Below, piece after piece: positions 1 to 12,850 of a DNA stretch of 64,000 nt (position 1 is its first letter; the number at the start of each line of letters is the position of its first letter). The stretch is from Pecten maximus. Lineage: Eukaryota. The position numbers were made by a program, and so were the translations under genes. Below the pieces are notes generated by a model. That model was not told where the DNA came from and did not search any database. It was given only the letters and a program-made list of their open reading frames with translations. The stretch lies in assembly GCF_902652985.1 (NCBI RefSeq), contig NC_047019.1, positions 25,730,001-25,794,000 of the forward strand. The letters run 5' to 3'.

Positions 1-559
1 TGTCACTTCATAAAGTCTTCCTTGGGAATTCCCGATAGCTATTTTTGTGCTAGTTTATGTGCGGTTTTCATTCATTTTATTACTACATTACTAATGATAT
101 TTTCAATTTTTGTCTAATTAATATATATGTGCCCTTGTGAAAACATGATTCATAGCTAATTATCAGAGTCGACGCTATGTAAAAATACTGCGCACTTTTC
201 CGTCACTTAACTTTTATACCCCTCAAGAGTCTATGTTATTCTTTTTTGTCCCTCACCTTGCCCCTCCAATATTTGACTTTATATGTCCTCCTATTGGTCT
301 AAACTTCACAATTTCATACGTTCCTGAAACCATCCTCCACTACATGGACCTTTTACATCTCTTCTACTTTTTTACAATATATATCCCCAAATCGTTTTAC
401 ACGACACAAACTTATACGTCCCTCCCATCACCTCCCTCAGCAAAGACCATATAGTATCCCAAACATCTTACAATGCATAGCCTTTCTCGTAGAATCTTGC
501 TCAAACACTATACCACCTCTTACATTCTGTTACTACAAAAATCTTATAATTTCCTACTG

Positions 560-925
560 TCTTACACTACAGACCCTCCTTCGTCTTATACTACAGACCC
601 TCCGTCGTCTTATACTACAGACCTTCCATCGTCTTACACTACAGACCCTCCGTCGTCTTATACTACAGACCATCCATCGTCTTACACTACAGACCTTCCA
701 TCGTCTTATACTACAGACCTTCCATCGTCTTATACTACAGACCCTCCATCGTCTTATACTACAGACCCTCCATCGTCTTATACTACAGACCCCCCATCGT
801 CTTATACTACAAACCCTCCATCGTCTTATACTACAGACCCTCCATCGTCTTATACTACAGACCATCCAACGTCTTATGCTACAGACCATCCAACGTCTTA
901 TACTACAGACCATCCATCGTCTTAT
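560..925. repeat. 24-bp minisatellite (ACAGACCCTCCATCGTCTTATACT)n, about 15 copies, with decayed flanks
   Basis: Tandem array visible directly; it produces the periodic ORFs (SSYTTDPP)n on plus and (CSIRRWRV)n on minus. Confidence 0.95.
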
Positions 926-1317
926 ATGATATAACATGTATACGTCCCTATTGTCGTTTTACAATACACAGACCTTATGCCCCTCCCTATCTAATATTAA
1001 ACAAACGTCCGTCCTGCCGTCTTAAACCGTAGATACCTTATAATCTATTCTACCATCTTACACTATAGAGACACAAACGTCTGATATGTCCTCTACCATC
1101 TTTCATTGCAAAGCATAAAAGTCATCCAGCATCTCACACTATCAATACTTATTCGTCCCTATTACAATCTTACACTACAAAACGTCATGTTTTTCCTATC
1201 ATCCACAAAACCTGAATTCGTCCGTCTTACCATCTGCCTCTTTATCAACATTATATGTCTCTCACGTCATCTTACCAGCCTCCCAAAACACACATACGCA
1301 CTGAACACACGCATGCA

Positions 1318-1393
1318 TGTCGCACGCACGGGAGGCCGTCCTTAAATGACCTTAGCTGTTAATAGGACGTTAACCAAATTAAACCAAACCAAA
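1318..1393 (+). mobile_element. 3' end of a tRNA-derived SINE
   Basis: GGGAGGCCGTCCTTAAATGACCTTAGCTGTTAATAGGACGTTAA followed by an (AAACC)n tail resembles mollusc SINE 3' ends as I recall them; not searched. Confidence 0.6.
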
Positions 1394-3023
1394 CATTACC
1401 TGCCACAAACCTTCTATGTAGCTTCTACTTATACTGATGTGCATGTATGTACATAAAGCAATCCTGACATGACACTACCACAAAAACAAATTCCTACTAC
1501 AATTTTATATGCAAAAAATGCATAACACATACCGAGCACTAGTAGTTTAACAATGCAAACTTAGCAACTAAAAGATGCCAAACAGTAATTTGGGAGCCAG
1601 AGCTTCTAGCTATATAGATTTACAGTTTTCAAACATGGTTTGTTATCCTGATGTTAGATTATGTTTAGGGTAAACTCAGTGAAAGAGATGAAGTAAGTGT
1701 GGTTAAGATGTAACGATCAACACGGCTTCTGATATTCAACAGGTAGGCTTCACAAATGTTGACACCAACACGTGCTGTAGAATATAACAAGGTCAACATA
1801 TTCCATTTGCCAGGACATTCGTAGTTATAAAGGTTCACGTGGATGTAACTATTGTCCCTCGGTCAGTACTAGCTAATATCATTCCTGGTAGTAATAGAAC
1901 AAATAGCAGGTAAGAAAACTTCATATGGCTAAATTCTAGAAAGGGAGCAGACAAGAAAGTATGTATCAAAAGGTCGAGACGATCTGATAGAGGGGAGAAT
2001 GATATCATTCCAGCACCAGACAGTGGCTTAGCTAAGGTAAGTGAATCAGTATTTATGTGTTCAACAGCAGGCACTACAATAAGTTTTCTGTAAAACTAGT
2101 TCGGAGAACAAACTTAAAATAATATTCACAAACGAAGGTAAGTGATATCTTAGTGGATCGTTCCGATGATTGGCCGTCACTTTGGAAGCCAGTTATAATC
2201 AAACGTATCTAGATTAGTAACAGTAAGAGCACAAAATGCGTTAGGGAAAACGACACTTTAATAGATATATATATATATATGTGGATATAATATATGGTAT
2301 AGTATGTTTAAGATATTTTAAAGAAACAATTTGCTCATAAATGAGGAATGCAAGATGCGGGTTACAGTCAGTTTTGAAAAGTGGTTAGTGAGATTATGAA
2401 TTTAGAATGAAACAAACTACAGCAGCAGCAGCAGCAGTAAGGTAAGGTAATCATAAGCTGAAGGGTCATATTTCAGCTTCTTTATAGATGAAAGCACCGT
2501 CAACAAAATCCATTGTTTTACTTAAATTCTGATTTTTTTAAGATAAAGACGCCAATACGGAAATTTTATTAAATGAATAGATATGCGTAAATTAACACTG
2601 ACCCCATGTGTTCCTTGTTGAATCAAGTAACATGTTATTCATAATGACTGAAGTTAAAGCAAAACGAGTGATCTGCCCTTTGCTTGAAAAACGTTGCTTT
2701 CCGCGTGCAACTGATTTTTGTTACAAACATTGAGGTAAAGGTAAGATAAATGATTTAGTCCATAAACCCACTGGTATTTAATCATATAAAACATGGCTAC
2801 ATGAATGTAACTTACCCTGTAAATGTAGCGATCAGCTGATCAATATAGAGAAATTGGACTGTGGAATATAACCGCTTGGCTCACTATTGATTAAACAAAA
2901 TGTATGGTTACATTTCAATTAAAATATATTATATTGATACACCAAAAAGATTGAGCAACAGGCGTTTCCTATAGAAGCCCCCTCCATGTCTCCCAGGGTA
3001 CTTTTAAGAGTTTAAGACATTAA

Positions 3024-3878
3024 AGGGACATCACGGTAAACCAATTTTTATTTAGTATTTTTTCATATTATTGGGTATATCTTTAAAAAAAATATCCTTA
3101 TGAACAATAACCATTCGAATTTGATGATATATGTATATAAAAAACATCAACTATTAATTATAAAAAAGGTTATCACAATTCGTTGATCAATAGTCTGAAT
3201 ATGCAAATTTTGTGACATATACGATAACACGCATGCGCACAACACACTAAAACACATGAAAACAAAAATGGCTTCCAATGTGAATCGACTGCGGTTGAAA
3301 ACGATAACAGCTTCCGCAATGAAGAGACTAATTGGAAATTGGGTCAAACACAATCCTAGAATTAAACTGGGGAAGCAGTACAATACAGTTCAAACATGAA
3401 AACAGCAGTAATACGGACGCTGTTCGTATTCTGCTTGATTGCTGGATAGTAGGTCATGACAATCTCGGTAATATTTACACAAACTCGGTAATATTTATAC
3501 AGTCTGTACCAGTACATCGCTACTGTCACTATACTATATGTACGGTGTTTACACTTATTTACACATAAATATATGTGCCGGAATATATACAGAACGTGTT
3601 ATTTAACATTTAAACCACTGTATAATATCGTTGTCCAACTAATCCAATTCGCCTTGTAAACTATCGTGTGTTTGTGTTGCCTCGATTTCAAAACAGTTAC
3701 GTGATGATTTAAAAATAATTTCCGCGCTAAATTTAAAGGGGGATTCCGAACTAAATCAAGTGGTCAAGCTGGACATGAGGATCGACTGTGAACATTGGGA
3801 CAGCACAGAAACATAACTGGAAAGGAACAAAACACGTACATTCATTGAAAATTACAACGCTTTTACCGTGATGTCCCT
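3024..3878. mobile_element. 855-bp non-autonomous DNA transposon (MITE), Kolobok-type
   Basis: Perfect 17-bp TIRs AGGGACATCACGGTAAA (3024-3040) and TTTACCGTGATGTCCCT (3862-3878), flanked by TTAA on both sides (3020-3023, 3879-3882). A TTAA target with purine-purine 5' termini fits Kolobok rather than piggyBac. No coding capacity. Confidence 0.85.
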
Positions 3879-5208
3879 TTAAGTACAATATTTACATGCA
3901 TTTACATTCAGCTCATCTCACGACATTTGGGTATATTTGAGTATTTCTTTGATGTAGGGGTGTCTTGAGTTGAGTTGGAAAATCAAAAGGTAAATGAACC
4001 AAAGAGAACCAGACAAAATCAGGAAAATATCATATCCTGTTTAAAAGTTTGTCGTTCATTTGTATAGAGAGGGCATAGAGAGAAAGACATAAGTGTTTTA
4101 AATTGTCTGACCACAAGGACAGTCTGGACTATTTTTAGTGATATTTAAAGAAATGATAGCTAAGTCGACTAGCACCATTTATCAATTGACACATTAATAT
4201 ATTTCTTTCCCGCGAACTAGAGCATTTAAATACATGTGTACATATGTTTTTATGTGTCCGTTACACTAGTCTTTTGCATTTCCATTTTAAAAGCACTGTG
4301 GTAACGTTACAGTAATATCTTACTTCATATGTTTCTCATTCTGAGGGTAAAAATACTATTAGCATAAAGGGTGGTTACATCACTCTCTGAAATTATCCGT
4401 TCTGTACTTAGGTCTACCTATGTGAAATTGTATGCAATACATATTATTGATTGTCTCCCTTTAACTGTAGAAAATGGTTTTTATTATATTACTCGGTGAT
4501 GCAAGGTATGCATATGACATTAGATAATATTCCACTTACCAGGACGCAATGTAAAAGGATTTCAGCTCATTGACTGTGACTTGGACTTATTTTACTGAAC
4601 TTGGAGGAAAAAGTAAAGTCAATATCATATACTACATATAAAATGGATAAAATTAGACAAAACCAAATTATTATAATCCATAACCTATTAATCCTTTATT
4701 GACTTTGTAATTCACGCCAATCATTTCATCATAGTCTCACAAGCCATGTAATCACTATGCTTAATTGATAACAAAATATGAAAAAACGCATTCCTCTTTT
4801 CTTTCTTGAATATTCGCTAGATTTTAAAGTAGTTTACAGAACACTTGAGTAAATAGGAAACTCGAACAGCAAATTAAAGTTTGTAATTGTGGCTGGAATC
4901 AGATTTGTGTATGTTTACTACACCAGTAAGATGATTTAGATTGACTGAGGATTGGACGGTCGAATATTACCACACATATATACTTTGTATATATATATTT
5001 TTTTAATTGTTTTATTTTTCCAATTTTCATAGATATGTAATATACGCAAAACATAGACAACACTAAACATAGCTTTCATTCTTCATACACACTCATTCAT
5101 TCATATCTATCACCTTCTTTCAACATGCCTTCAAACAAATTCCAATCATCAACACTTATCGCCATCCTCAAAATAATCATCATCATCATCATCATCATCA
5201 CAATCAAC

Positions 5209-5370
5209 NNNNNNNNNNNNNNNNNNNNNNNNNNNNNNNNNNNNNNNNNNNNNNNNNNNNNNNNNNNNNNNNNNNNNNNNNNNNNNNNNNNNNNNNNNNN
5301 NNNNNNNNNNNNNNNNNNNNNNNNNNNNNNNNNNNNNNNNNNNNNNNNNNNNNNNNNNNNNNNNNNNNNN
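5209..5370. other. Assembly gap (162 N) with a (CAT)n run on the left and CA-rich simple sequence on the right
   Basis: Run of N. Confidence 1.
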
Positions 5371-5649
5371 ACACAGGAGGGTATAAATGTTTATGTAGAT
5401 GACAGCCTCACACAAACACACCCTCACACACACGCACTAACACACACAAAACACACACACACAAAGGGGAGAGAGTTGTGCCATTTTAACTTTTTTATAC
5501 AATAATAAAAACACACAGGAAAATATATGGAGTTATTCAGTGTCATGAAGATTAATTGACTTAAGAAGGAGAATAATATTGGAATTAGCAAATAAATATG
5601 ATAACATAAATGTGTCTATAACATTGTCAAGGATTGGGTGTAATATCTA

Positions 5650-6540
5650 ATAGTTTATTCCATTTTATCCAGTTGTCATTAAATTGTACTAGGTTTTCAT
5701 TTCCTTACTTGTGCATGCATATTTCTGAATTCTGTAGTTGTCTTTGATTATAGATTTTAGAACAGGTACTGATAGTGCTTGTTGTAAACATCTTGCTGAG
5801 TAAATATACTGTTTCATCAGAAGTAAAATAAAATTATCAGTTTTATAATATACATTTTTGTTGTTTCTCATACCAAAAATGAAAGTTTCTTTATTGAAAG
5901 TAAATGGTATAAATAAAGAATCTAACAAAAAATCAAACTAAAATCTGTACTTCCTTACACTCCCATAATAAATGTACTATTGTTTCTGGTTCTGTTTTGA
6001 AAAAGAAACATTGTGGATGTTCAAATAATCCAATTTTGAATAAATATGAATTAGTAGTTAATATATGCTGGTTTATTCTATATTGAAACCAGTGTAATTT
6101 TGAACTTTTAGTGACAATAAAAGGAGTCAGATAAATAATTTTCCAAGTTTGCTCATCAAATTGAAATATGTCATTCCATTTTCTTTTCCAAGTCGGAACA
6201 CAGTTATTTAAAGAAAGTATATTATAGAAATCTTTTGAGCCTTAGTATTTTTATAGAAAATTTCAAGGTTAGTGGGTATTATCGGATAAGATAGGAGTTT
6301 GTTATCTGATTCCTTATTTGCAATGTAATATTTCACAGAATATATTATACCATGGAATATAAGAAAGTTGGTATTGATGTCATATTTTTCTTTAAATTCT
6401 TGAAATGTATAAAAAGTATACTTTGTATATATATTGTTACTAAAATGGCGGTGATGGTTTCGTAAGTAAAACAACTATGAATAAATGTTGATCTTATTTT
6501 CCAATTGATAAATAAACTGCGAATCAAATCCACTTCACCA
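5650..6540 (-). mobile_element. Degenerate 3' fragment of an L1/Tx1-like non-LTR retrotransposon ORF2
   Basis: Broken minus-strand frames give KLHWFQYRINQHILTTNSYLFKIG, EPETIVHLLWEC and NFILLLMKQYIY, typical of the C-terminal zinc-knuckle (zf-RVT) region. Confidence 0.75.
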
Positions 6541-7462
6541 AAACAGAGGCAGGGGATAAAAATATTGACATTTCAGATATCATAACGTTTTACAAACTCT
6601 TTATCATTACACATACAAAATCTCATACCCGTTTTCTATTTCATATTTAACCTCGCCAGAGATATGATAAAATGCCAAATTCTACGAATTGATTAATAAA
6701 TCTTTAATGCGATGAAAACTATTTCCCCCATTTATGATATGATGATATACATATAATCATTAAGGCGTGATTGCTTTACATGACATGGAATGCGACGTTG
6801 ATATATTTACATATTATCGTACATATTTATGTTTTCAAGCATTACGCCATCCCCTTTAGTTCTAGTGCCGTTCTCCTCCCTTTTGTCTTTCTTATTCTGG
6901 CCATTACTTAGAGTAAGATGATCTAGGATTACTGTACGTTGTACTCAAATATGCTTTTCTAGACGGGTGATCATATTTTCAAACTTTGTACACTCACACA
7001 TCTTGGGAGAGAGAGGGATGTCGCATACTAAAATAAGACCTCTCTAATTCTGATTGATTTTAAGATTGATTAATATAGCTACTAACGATTATTAGTTATT
7101 TCTGTCTGGGTCATGAAGTAGTCAGTCTCTTGGTAAGAGTTATCACCCTTTGTAAACACATGCATATCATAATTTATAATCAAACCTAACATCCACATTC
7201 CCATAACTACAGGAGTTTAATGTCTTTGAAAAACTCCTTTGTTCACATCAATAACAATTCAGTATTTTCTTATTGCGTATTGGTAAGTCTGTGACGTATC
7301 GTAATATGTTACACATTCGTTTTGTTCAAGTTTGTTAGAATAAGTCCAATTGAATAGCAAATTAGATTTTGTGGTTTTGGTCTCCAACCACAATTTACAT
7401 GTCCATGGTTAGGAAAGTTTGTTTTGTAATATAGGGTGCAGTAGTTATATGACGTCTAATAA

Positions 7463-9559
7463 CTAAAAACGTGTTCTTTTGAATTGGTCTGTTTCAGACA
7501 TATATGAGGCACATATACATAGATACACTACAGCTATTCTAGTGATGGCAGGATTCCTCTTAAAACCATAACCCTTTGATTGAGCTGACTCCCAGTAGGC
7601 CCCAATGGCCCTGTGATAGTCCCCGAGAGTTTGGTAACAAATCCCCAGAAGAGTGTGAACTATCCAATACATGCATCCTCCGTCTTGGTCATCATGCTGA
7701 ATATCTCTCAAGTGGCATAATGCTACATCCTGTCCGCAAGTGTCTCCAAGTTCATGACAACACAGGAAGGACAGGAACAAAGCGTACGGAAGAGCTGGAA
7801 TAGCTAGAAATGTGGCACATTTAAGCAGTTCTGGATGCAGATGAGGAAGACACACTACATCATGTTTCTGGAAGACGATGTCGTGTGTGTATATTGTCCT
7901 CAGTCTTTGGAACATATGTCCATGTTCAGGATACTTACGTGTAAATATTTCTCTCTTTTCTTGAGAATTAATATTGGGGAAATCTAAGTATGCTATTTGG
8001 ATTCCTTGCTGCTTGCACATCTCCAGCGTTTTGCTTATGTTTCCAGTCAGAAAATAAAACGTCGCCAAATACAACAGATCTGTGCCCATGGAGGCACTAG
8101 GAATCATCCAGCGCTTACATTTCCTTAAACTCCTATACCTGGCCTTGTTTTTTGTAGCAGCCATGTGATCCGGATAAACCTGGTTAGTTGCTACGGTTTG
8201 CAAACATTTCATAGCATAGTTATATGTGTAAATTTCATCGAAATCCGTTTTGGATGTCGATAATAGTTCAATTACGATCCTGATTGTCTCTATGTTGGCA
8301 CACATAGATATGACTCGATTTGACATTGGCATATGTTGTAAACAGGAAGAAACTGTTACATCTTTGTGAATGGTAATTTCCTCTACTGTTTTGGGACGTG
8401 AAAGTTCAGCTTGCATTGATGAATTACACAAATCCTCCCATATTGTTGGTATGAAGAAGTTTCCCACTGAAAGACACATCCATTTCATGTCATAGAAATT
8501 GCCCAAAATGTCAAGAAGTATTTGTTGATGAAGTCCATGAACTTTTCTTTTAAACAAGTTGTTTTCTGGGATAAAGTAATTGGGACAAAATCCTGCTCTG
8601 ACCCAAGTAATCAGTATGTTGAAGCAAAACCAAAAGCAGGTAAATAAGTGCTTGTCTTGCCAGAACAATTGGCTGGAGTTCTCTATTGCATGAAAAAGAA
8701 CTGTTTTTAAAAAGTAAGAGCACAAAATGTCATCGTCTCCTATGACCTGTTTCAATGTTTCTTTTATTTGTTTTAAGAAATATTTCAGTAGTACATAAAC
8801 TTTGAGTTGAATGTGAGTAAATGAGTGAATTAAGGATCTTTCTGATGTTGCAAATGAAATTCTCCATTGTAACAATGTGTCTTCTGAACACTTGTCACCC
8901 ACTGGAACAACGTGACAGCCATTCTTTACGATTTTGTCTATTAAGGTTTGACTCGGCCATCCATACAGGCGTGTACGTGTAACCCATTCCTTAGCTTCCC
9001 TTGGCCAACTGTTGCATGCAAAGGCAAACACATAGTCGACTTCCGTTGTCAAGATATTGTTTGATGAGCTTGGTCCATTGGATCTATAGTTTAAATCCAT
9101 TGCTGTATTCATTGAACATACGATATGGTCTCTGTATAAGTCACTGGAAGCGAACACCAATCCTTTTATTTTTACAAGTGAATACAATAACGCCACGGGA
9201 AGTGTGGGTCCTGTCTGACGAAGTTGAAGGTTGACATAACCAGGACGACATGACTGTGCCTTTTTCATGTACAGAATAGTCTTTTGTGCTATGTTCGAAG
9301 GAATACTTTCATCGGGGTACATTACTATAACGCCCTTATGTACGTTCATCACGTCTCTATCTGAACCTTTGAGTTTAAGTCCCTCTCCTGCACTTCCAAG
9401 AGTAATTATATTACTTGGATCGCTTTTTAAGGATCGTATATGTTCTTCTATGATCAGTGCCCTCCGGTTGATGTCCACTTCCTCCTCTGTTCTAGAATAC
9501 TTCCAATCCAAAAGTGTCGATAGGAGCTTGGACATTCGCTCATTCTCAACGGAATCCAT
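7463..9559 (-). CDS. cGAS-like receptor (cGLR) / Mab-21-family nucleotidyltransferase with C-terminal helical TPR-like extension, 698 aa, single coding exon
   Basis: NTase motif LGSAGEGLKLKGSDRDV (G55, S56, D67, D69) plus third acid in EVDYVF (D175). Mab-21 motifs GCHVVPVG, WRISF..SER.L, SYFLKT and CPNYFIPENNLF. C-terminal HTLLGICYQTLGDYHRAIGAY is TPR-like. A splice acceptor (ttttcattaaag|G) opens the exon at 9582, just upstream of the ATG. Confidence 0.93.
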   Translation of the reverse strand: MDSVENERMSKLLSTLLDWKYSRTEEEVDINRRALIIEEHIRSLKSDPSNIITLGSAGEGLKLKGSDRDVMNVHKGVIVMYPDESIPSNIAQKTILYMKKAQSCRPGYVNLQLRQTGPTLPVALLYSLVKIKGLVFASSDLYRDHIVCSMNTAMDLNYRSNGPSSSNNILTTEVDYVFAFACNSWPREAKEWVTRTRLYGWPSQTLIDKIVKNGCHVVPVGDKCSEDTLLQWRISFATSERSLIHSFTHIQLKVYVLLKYFLKQIKETLKQVIGDDDILCSYFLKTVLFHAIENSSQLFWQDKHLFTCFWFCFNILITWVRAGFCPNYFIPENNLFKRKVHGLHQQILLDILGNFYDMKWMCLSVGNFFIPTIWEDLCNSSMQAELSRPKTVEEITIHKDVTVSSCLQHMPMSNRVISMCANIETIRIVIELLSTSKTDFDEIYTYNYAMKCLQTVATNQVYPDHMAATKNKARYRSLRKCKRWMIPSASMGTDLLYLATFYFLTGNISKTLEMCKQQGIQIAYLDFPNINSQEKREIFTRKYPEHGHMFQRLRTIYTHDIVFQKHDVVCLPHLHPELLKCATFLAIPALPYALFLSFLCCHELGDTCGQDVALCHLRDIQHDDQDGGCMYWIVHTLLGICYQTLGDYHRAIGAYWESAQSKGYGFKRNPAITRIAVVYLCICASYMSETDQFKRTRF

Positions 9560-10125
9560 AATTGTCTCCTTGGGAGTTTAACCTTTAATGAAAAAGAAGA
9601 ACTGGGATATGAAAGATCATTCAATGAACTAAAATTCAGTAGTACTTTGTGTACAAGTGTATACTAGAGAACAGATCATTCATGTTAGTATGAAGACAAT
9701 ATAATGTAACAAACTGATAATGTATTTCGGTGGCATCATTACATTGAGATATCACAAACAGTTCAGATTATTGTGGCAATAGACTTACGCATTCAATTCT
9801 GACCTTATAAAATATCTGTAAGTAGGTTTTACAAGTTTTGTTTATTCCTACCTACCAAGACCTTATGTCAGTAGTCAGCTTATAGGCCAAAATCGGGGTA
9901 TTTCAAAATAAGACTTTTGAAATGAAAGAAGGCAAGAAAAGGGGAAGCATCCTAGATGTTGAAATATGTACAGAAATTTCATTGTGGTCATTTGGAATGT
10001 AAATAGTGTATCTGTAGAGAAATGGTAATATTATCGGAAATAATAAATCTGATCACTTTAAAAGGATATTACACGATAAAACATGAAGCAATTACACGAT
10101 ATAATTACTTGCAGCAATATCTTAC

Positions 10126-10588
10126 CAGATGTTAAAGCAAATAGTCGTCCGTCAGGTTTTGTATAATGCTCTAATAACACGTCTCTGAAAGGGTTGCTAA
10201 AGTGAATTGATCAAGCATATGGGACAATCTGTGTCTCTTTGCTTCAGATAACAACAAACCAATTTACAAATTTGTATTTGGAATTTTATCAGAATGTTAT
10301 AATATACACCGAAGAATTCTGGTATGCAGAAAAATCTTTATTTTTCTGTTGGAAGCAAATAGTCAAATATTTCGCAAAATGTTCTTTTTTTAATTACCTT
10401 TTGGGATAGTCTACTTTATCGATTATCCCCTCTTGTAATAAAAATAGAAAGAGTAAGGATATACAAAATGCTAGATATTATGCTCACCAGCGTCAACGTT
10501 GTTTGAAACAGTAGAATTATTGTCGTAAGCTTGCTATGACCCTAGGGTGTAATGTTGCTGCACCTGCCGGGTTGGTATTGGGAACTCC
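10126..10588 (-). promoter_or_regulatory. Putative non-coding 5' exons of the cGLR (10184-10126, and an exon ending at 10488) with a kB-like site GGGAACTCC at 10580-10588
   Basis: Acceptor ccctttcag| before 10184; donors CTG|gtaaga after 10126 and CTG|gtgagc after 10488; no ATG in these exons. Motif-level evidence only. Confidence 0.4.
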
Positions 10589-11469
10589 AATGTGTTGTGC
10601 GCTATTGGACGAGAAAGCGATAGAAGCTTTGGCTTGTTAATTTCTTGTAGAAACCATCACCTTCTCATTTTGTTGATTAATAAGCATTCAATGTTTTCTG
10701 TAGTATCTAACTACTACATATCTCTGATTTTATGACTTCTTCATCTCGTGTGGCCGTACACGATAAAACACGTCTATAAGAAAGCAATGCCTTTCAAGGT
10801 AGAAAGTGTCTTTTCTATAGTTTTCTTATTTTTTCTAGTTGATGATGCAGAGAATATCACTGACTTAATCTGTACGCCTTCTTCAAGTTTCACTCCAAAT
10901 AACACGATCGAATGCAAACTACATACTTATCCCGCTCGTTATATACGACCCACAACATCCTTATTTGCTTTAACCTGTTACGCAATTCACCATGGTCAAA
11001 TACGAGTGGCACGATAAATGAATTGCTTCTTCCTGCTCTTACGTAGCGTTCAGATCATCTTTAAACTTCCTGTCAATACTTTTAAAATCAAATTAAATTT
11101 AAACACTACATTATATAATGTTATCTATATTGAGATATATTTTTAAGGGATTATATATTGATACATACTTAGCTATAAGGATATCATTAGAAATAAAACA
11201 ATGTATTTCATAATTTTCACTTTCAATAGTAATGAATTTGCATATGAAATTTCTGTCCAGTCTCATGCTCAGTTGATAACAAAAATGTTTGCTATTTACA
11301 TACAGTTAAGTACATTATGTATTTGTGATATATTCTCTATGTATCTTTTTCATATTTTACATACCCGTTGTGAACTAATTCTGTTTAGGTATTAGTTGTC
11401 GTGGTGATTTACTTTGAATCTGTTATTTCTGTTTAGTTACTAATAACCATGGTGATATCAATGTTTCTG

Positions 11470-12850
11470 TTTTTATTTGCTATTTATTGTTTAAGTTGTA
11501 TTTCTTTAATTGTTCTTCATGATACGTTGTATTCTTCACGTAGCATTTGTCCTTTCATATCATTTTCCCATCAGCATATCTACATAATAATAAGGAAAAA
11601 CAAATATTCTTCTTCCTTCAATGCCTTTGAAAACCTTTTATTTCTATACTAGTGATAAAATCATTCGAACAAAAATAATGTGCTTTTTGTTTTTGTTTTT
11701 TTTTATTCATCTAAAACTACTTCTCATTCAATTACCCCAGCTTTGTACATATGTAACTCCTTAGATAAGTATTCAAATCCAGACGGAGGTACCAGAGGAA
11801 TTTCTTCCCAATTGAATGAAAATATGTCGAATAGGTAAAACGACATTAAACCTAACCAGTGTACTTATAAATATTTCCTTATGATTCACCGGTATTTTGT
11901 TAAGGAAAGAAGGAAATAGAAGTTGGCTGGAATTGTTGATGCAGATATAATCAATCAAATAAAACTTCCGTAATTTTTTATTGCTAGATTGTAAATTAGA
12001 GGTCCTTAAAATGTTTCCTTTTACTAAATGGGAAGTGATCAAACTAAATATTACAAAAACATATTTAGAGGAAGTAAGTCTCGGTATCAAATTAGTAATA
12101 AATTTGATTCGTTGAAATTGTACCATCCTCTTACCTCGCTTATCCCATATCTATTTACTTTTAAGGGCACTCATTTCTTTCATGAAACTTGATATCGGTT
12201 TCAAATATAATTATCTCATAAACTGAATCTCCATTTGAAATGGAGTAGGGCAGGAATTTGTGAAGAATCGTTCAAATTTTTGGAGGTCAACGTCTTCCTA
12301 TATCCGTTTTAAACTTTTAGGAACGTGTAGGTACAATGCGATTGAAATAAACATGCCATTACATTTGAATAGTAGTGTAAATACTGAGACGAAATGTAAA
12401 TAAACTGTCCAGATGTGTTAGATGGTATACACTTGCTGTATATGTTCTACGTTGTAGTTGATTACTGACACCACTGTGATGTCACATGTAATATGGACTA
12501 CCATTCTGTTACATCCATATTTAATCCGACATCCATTTCATGAACACTTTTCTGAAAATTCTTACAAATATCTTTTTCGTTCAATCGATATTTAGGAATA
12601 CGTCAGGTTAATATTCAGTTTTTACTCAGTGGATGCTTCTGAAGGTATCAAATCAATCCTTGTAAGTATTGTTCATCGATTTGAAAACTTATAGACTATG
12701 ATCTCGTTAAAACAAATTAAAACGATGTCTACAGACATATAAAAGGAAACCCTCACATTTATAAATATTTCATTATTTGGTGATAAAACATGAAACCCTG
12801 AATAATGCATGTCAAGTATTGTCATTTGGGCTGATGTACGTTTGTTTGTA
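11470..12850 (-). mobile_element. Highly degenerate LINE fragment (AP-endonuclease region)
   Basis: Minus frame LIDYICIN resembles the S.IDY motif at the end of LINE endonucleases; many stops and frameshifts; boundaries approximate. Confidence 0.45.

Noticed and set aside
473-937. ORFs encoding (SSYTTDPP)n and (CSIRRWRV)n
   Set aside because: By-products of a 24-bp minisatellite open on both strands; no signal peptide or linked exons found.
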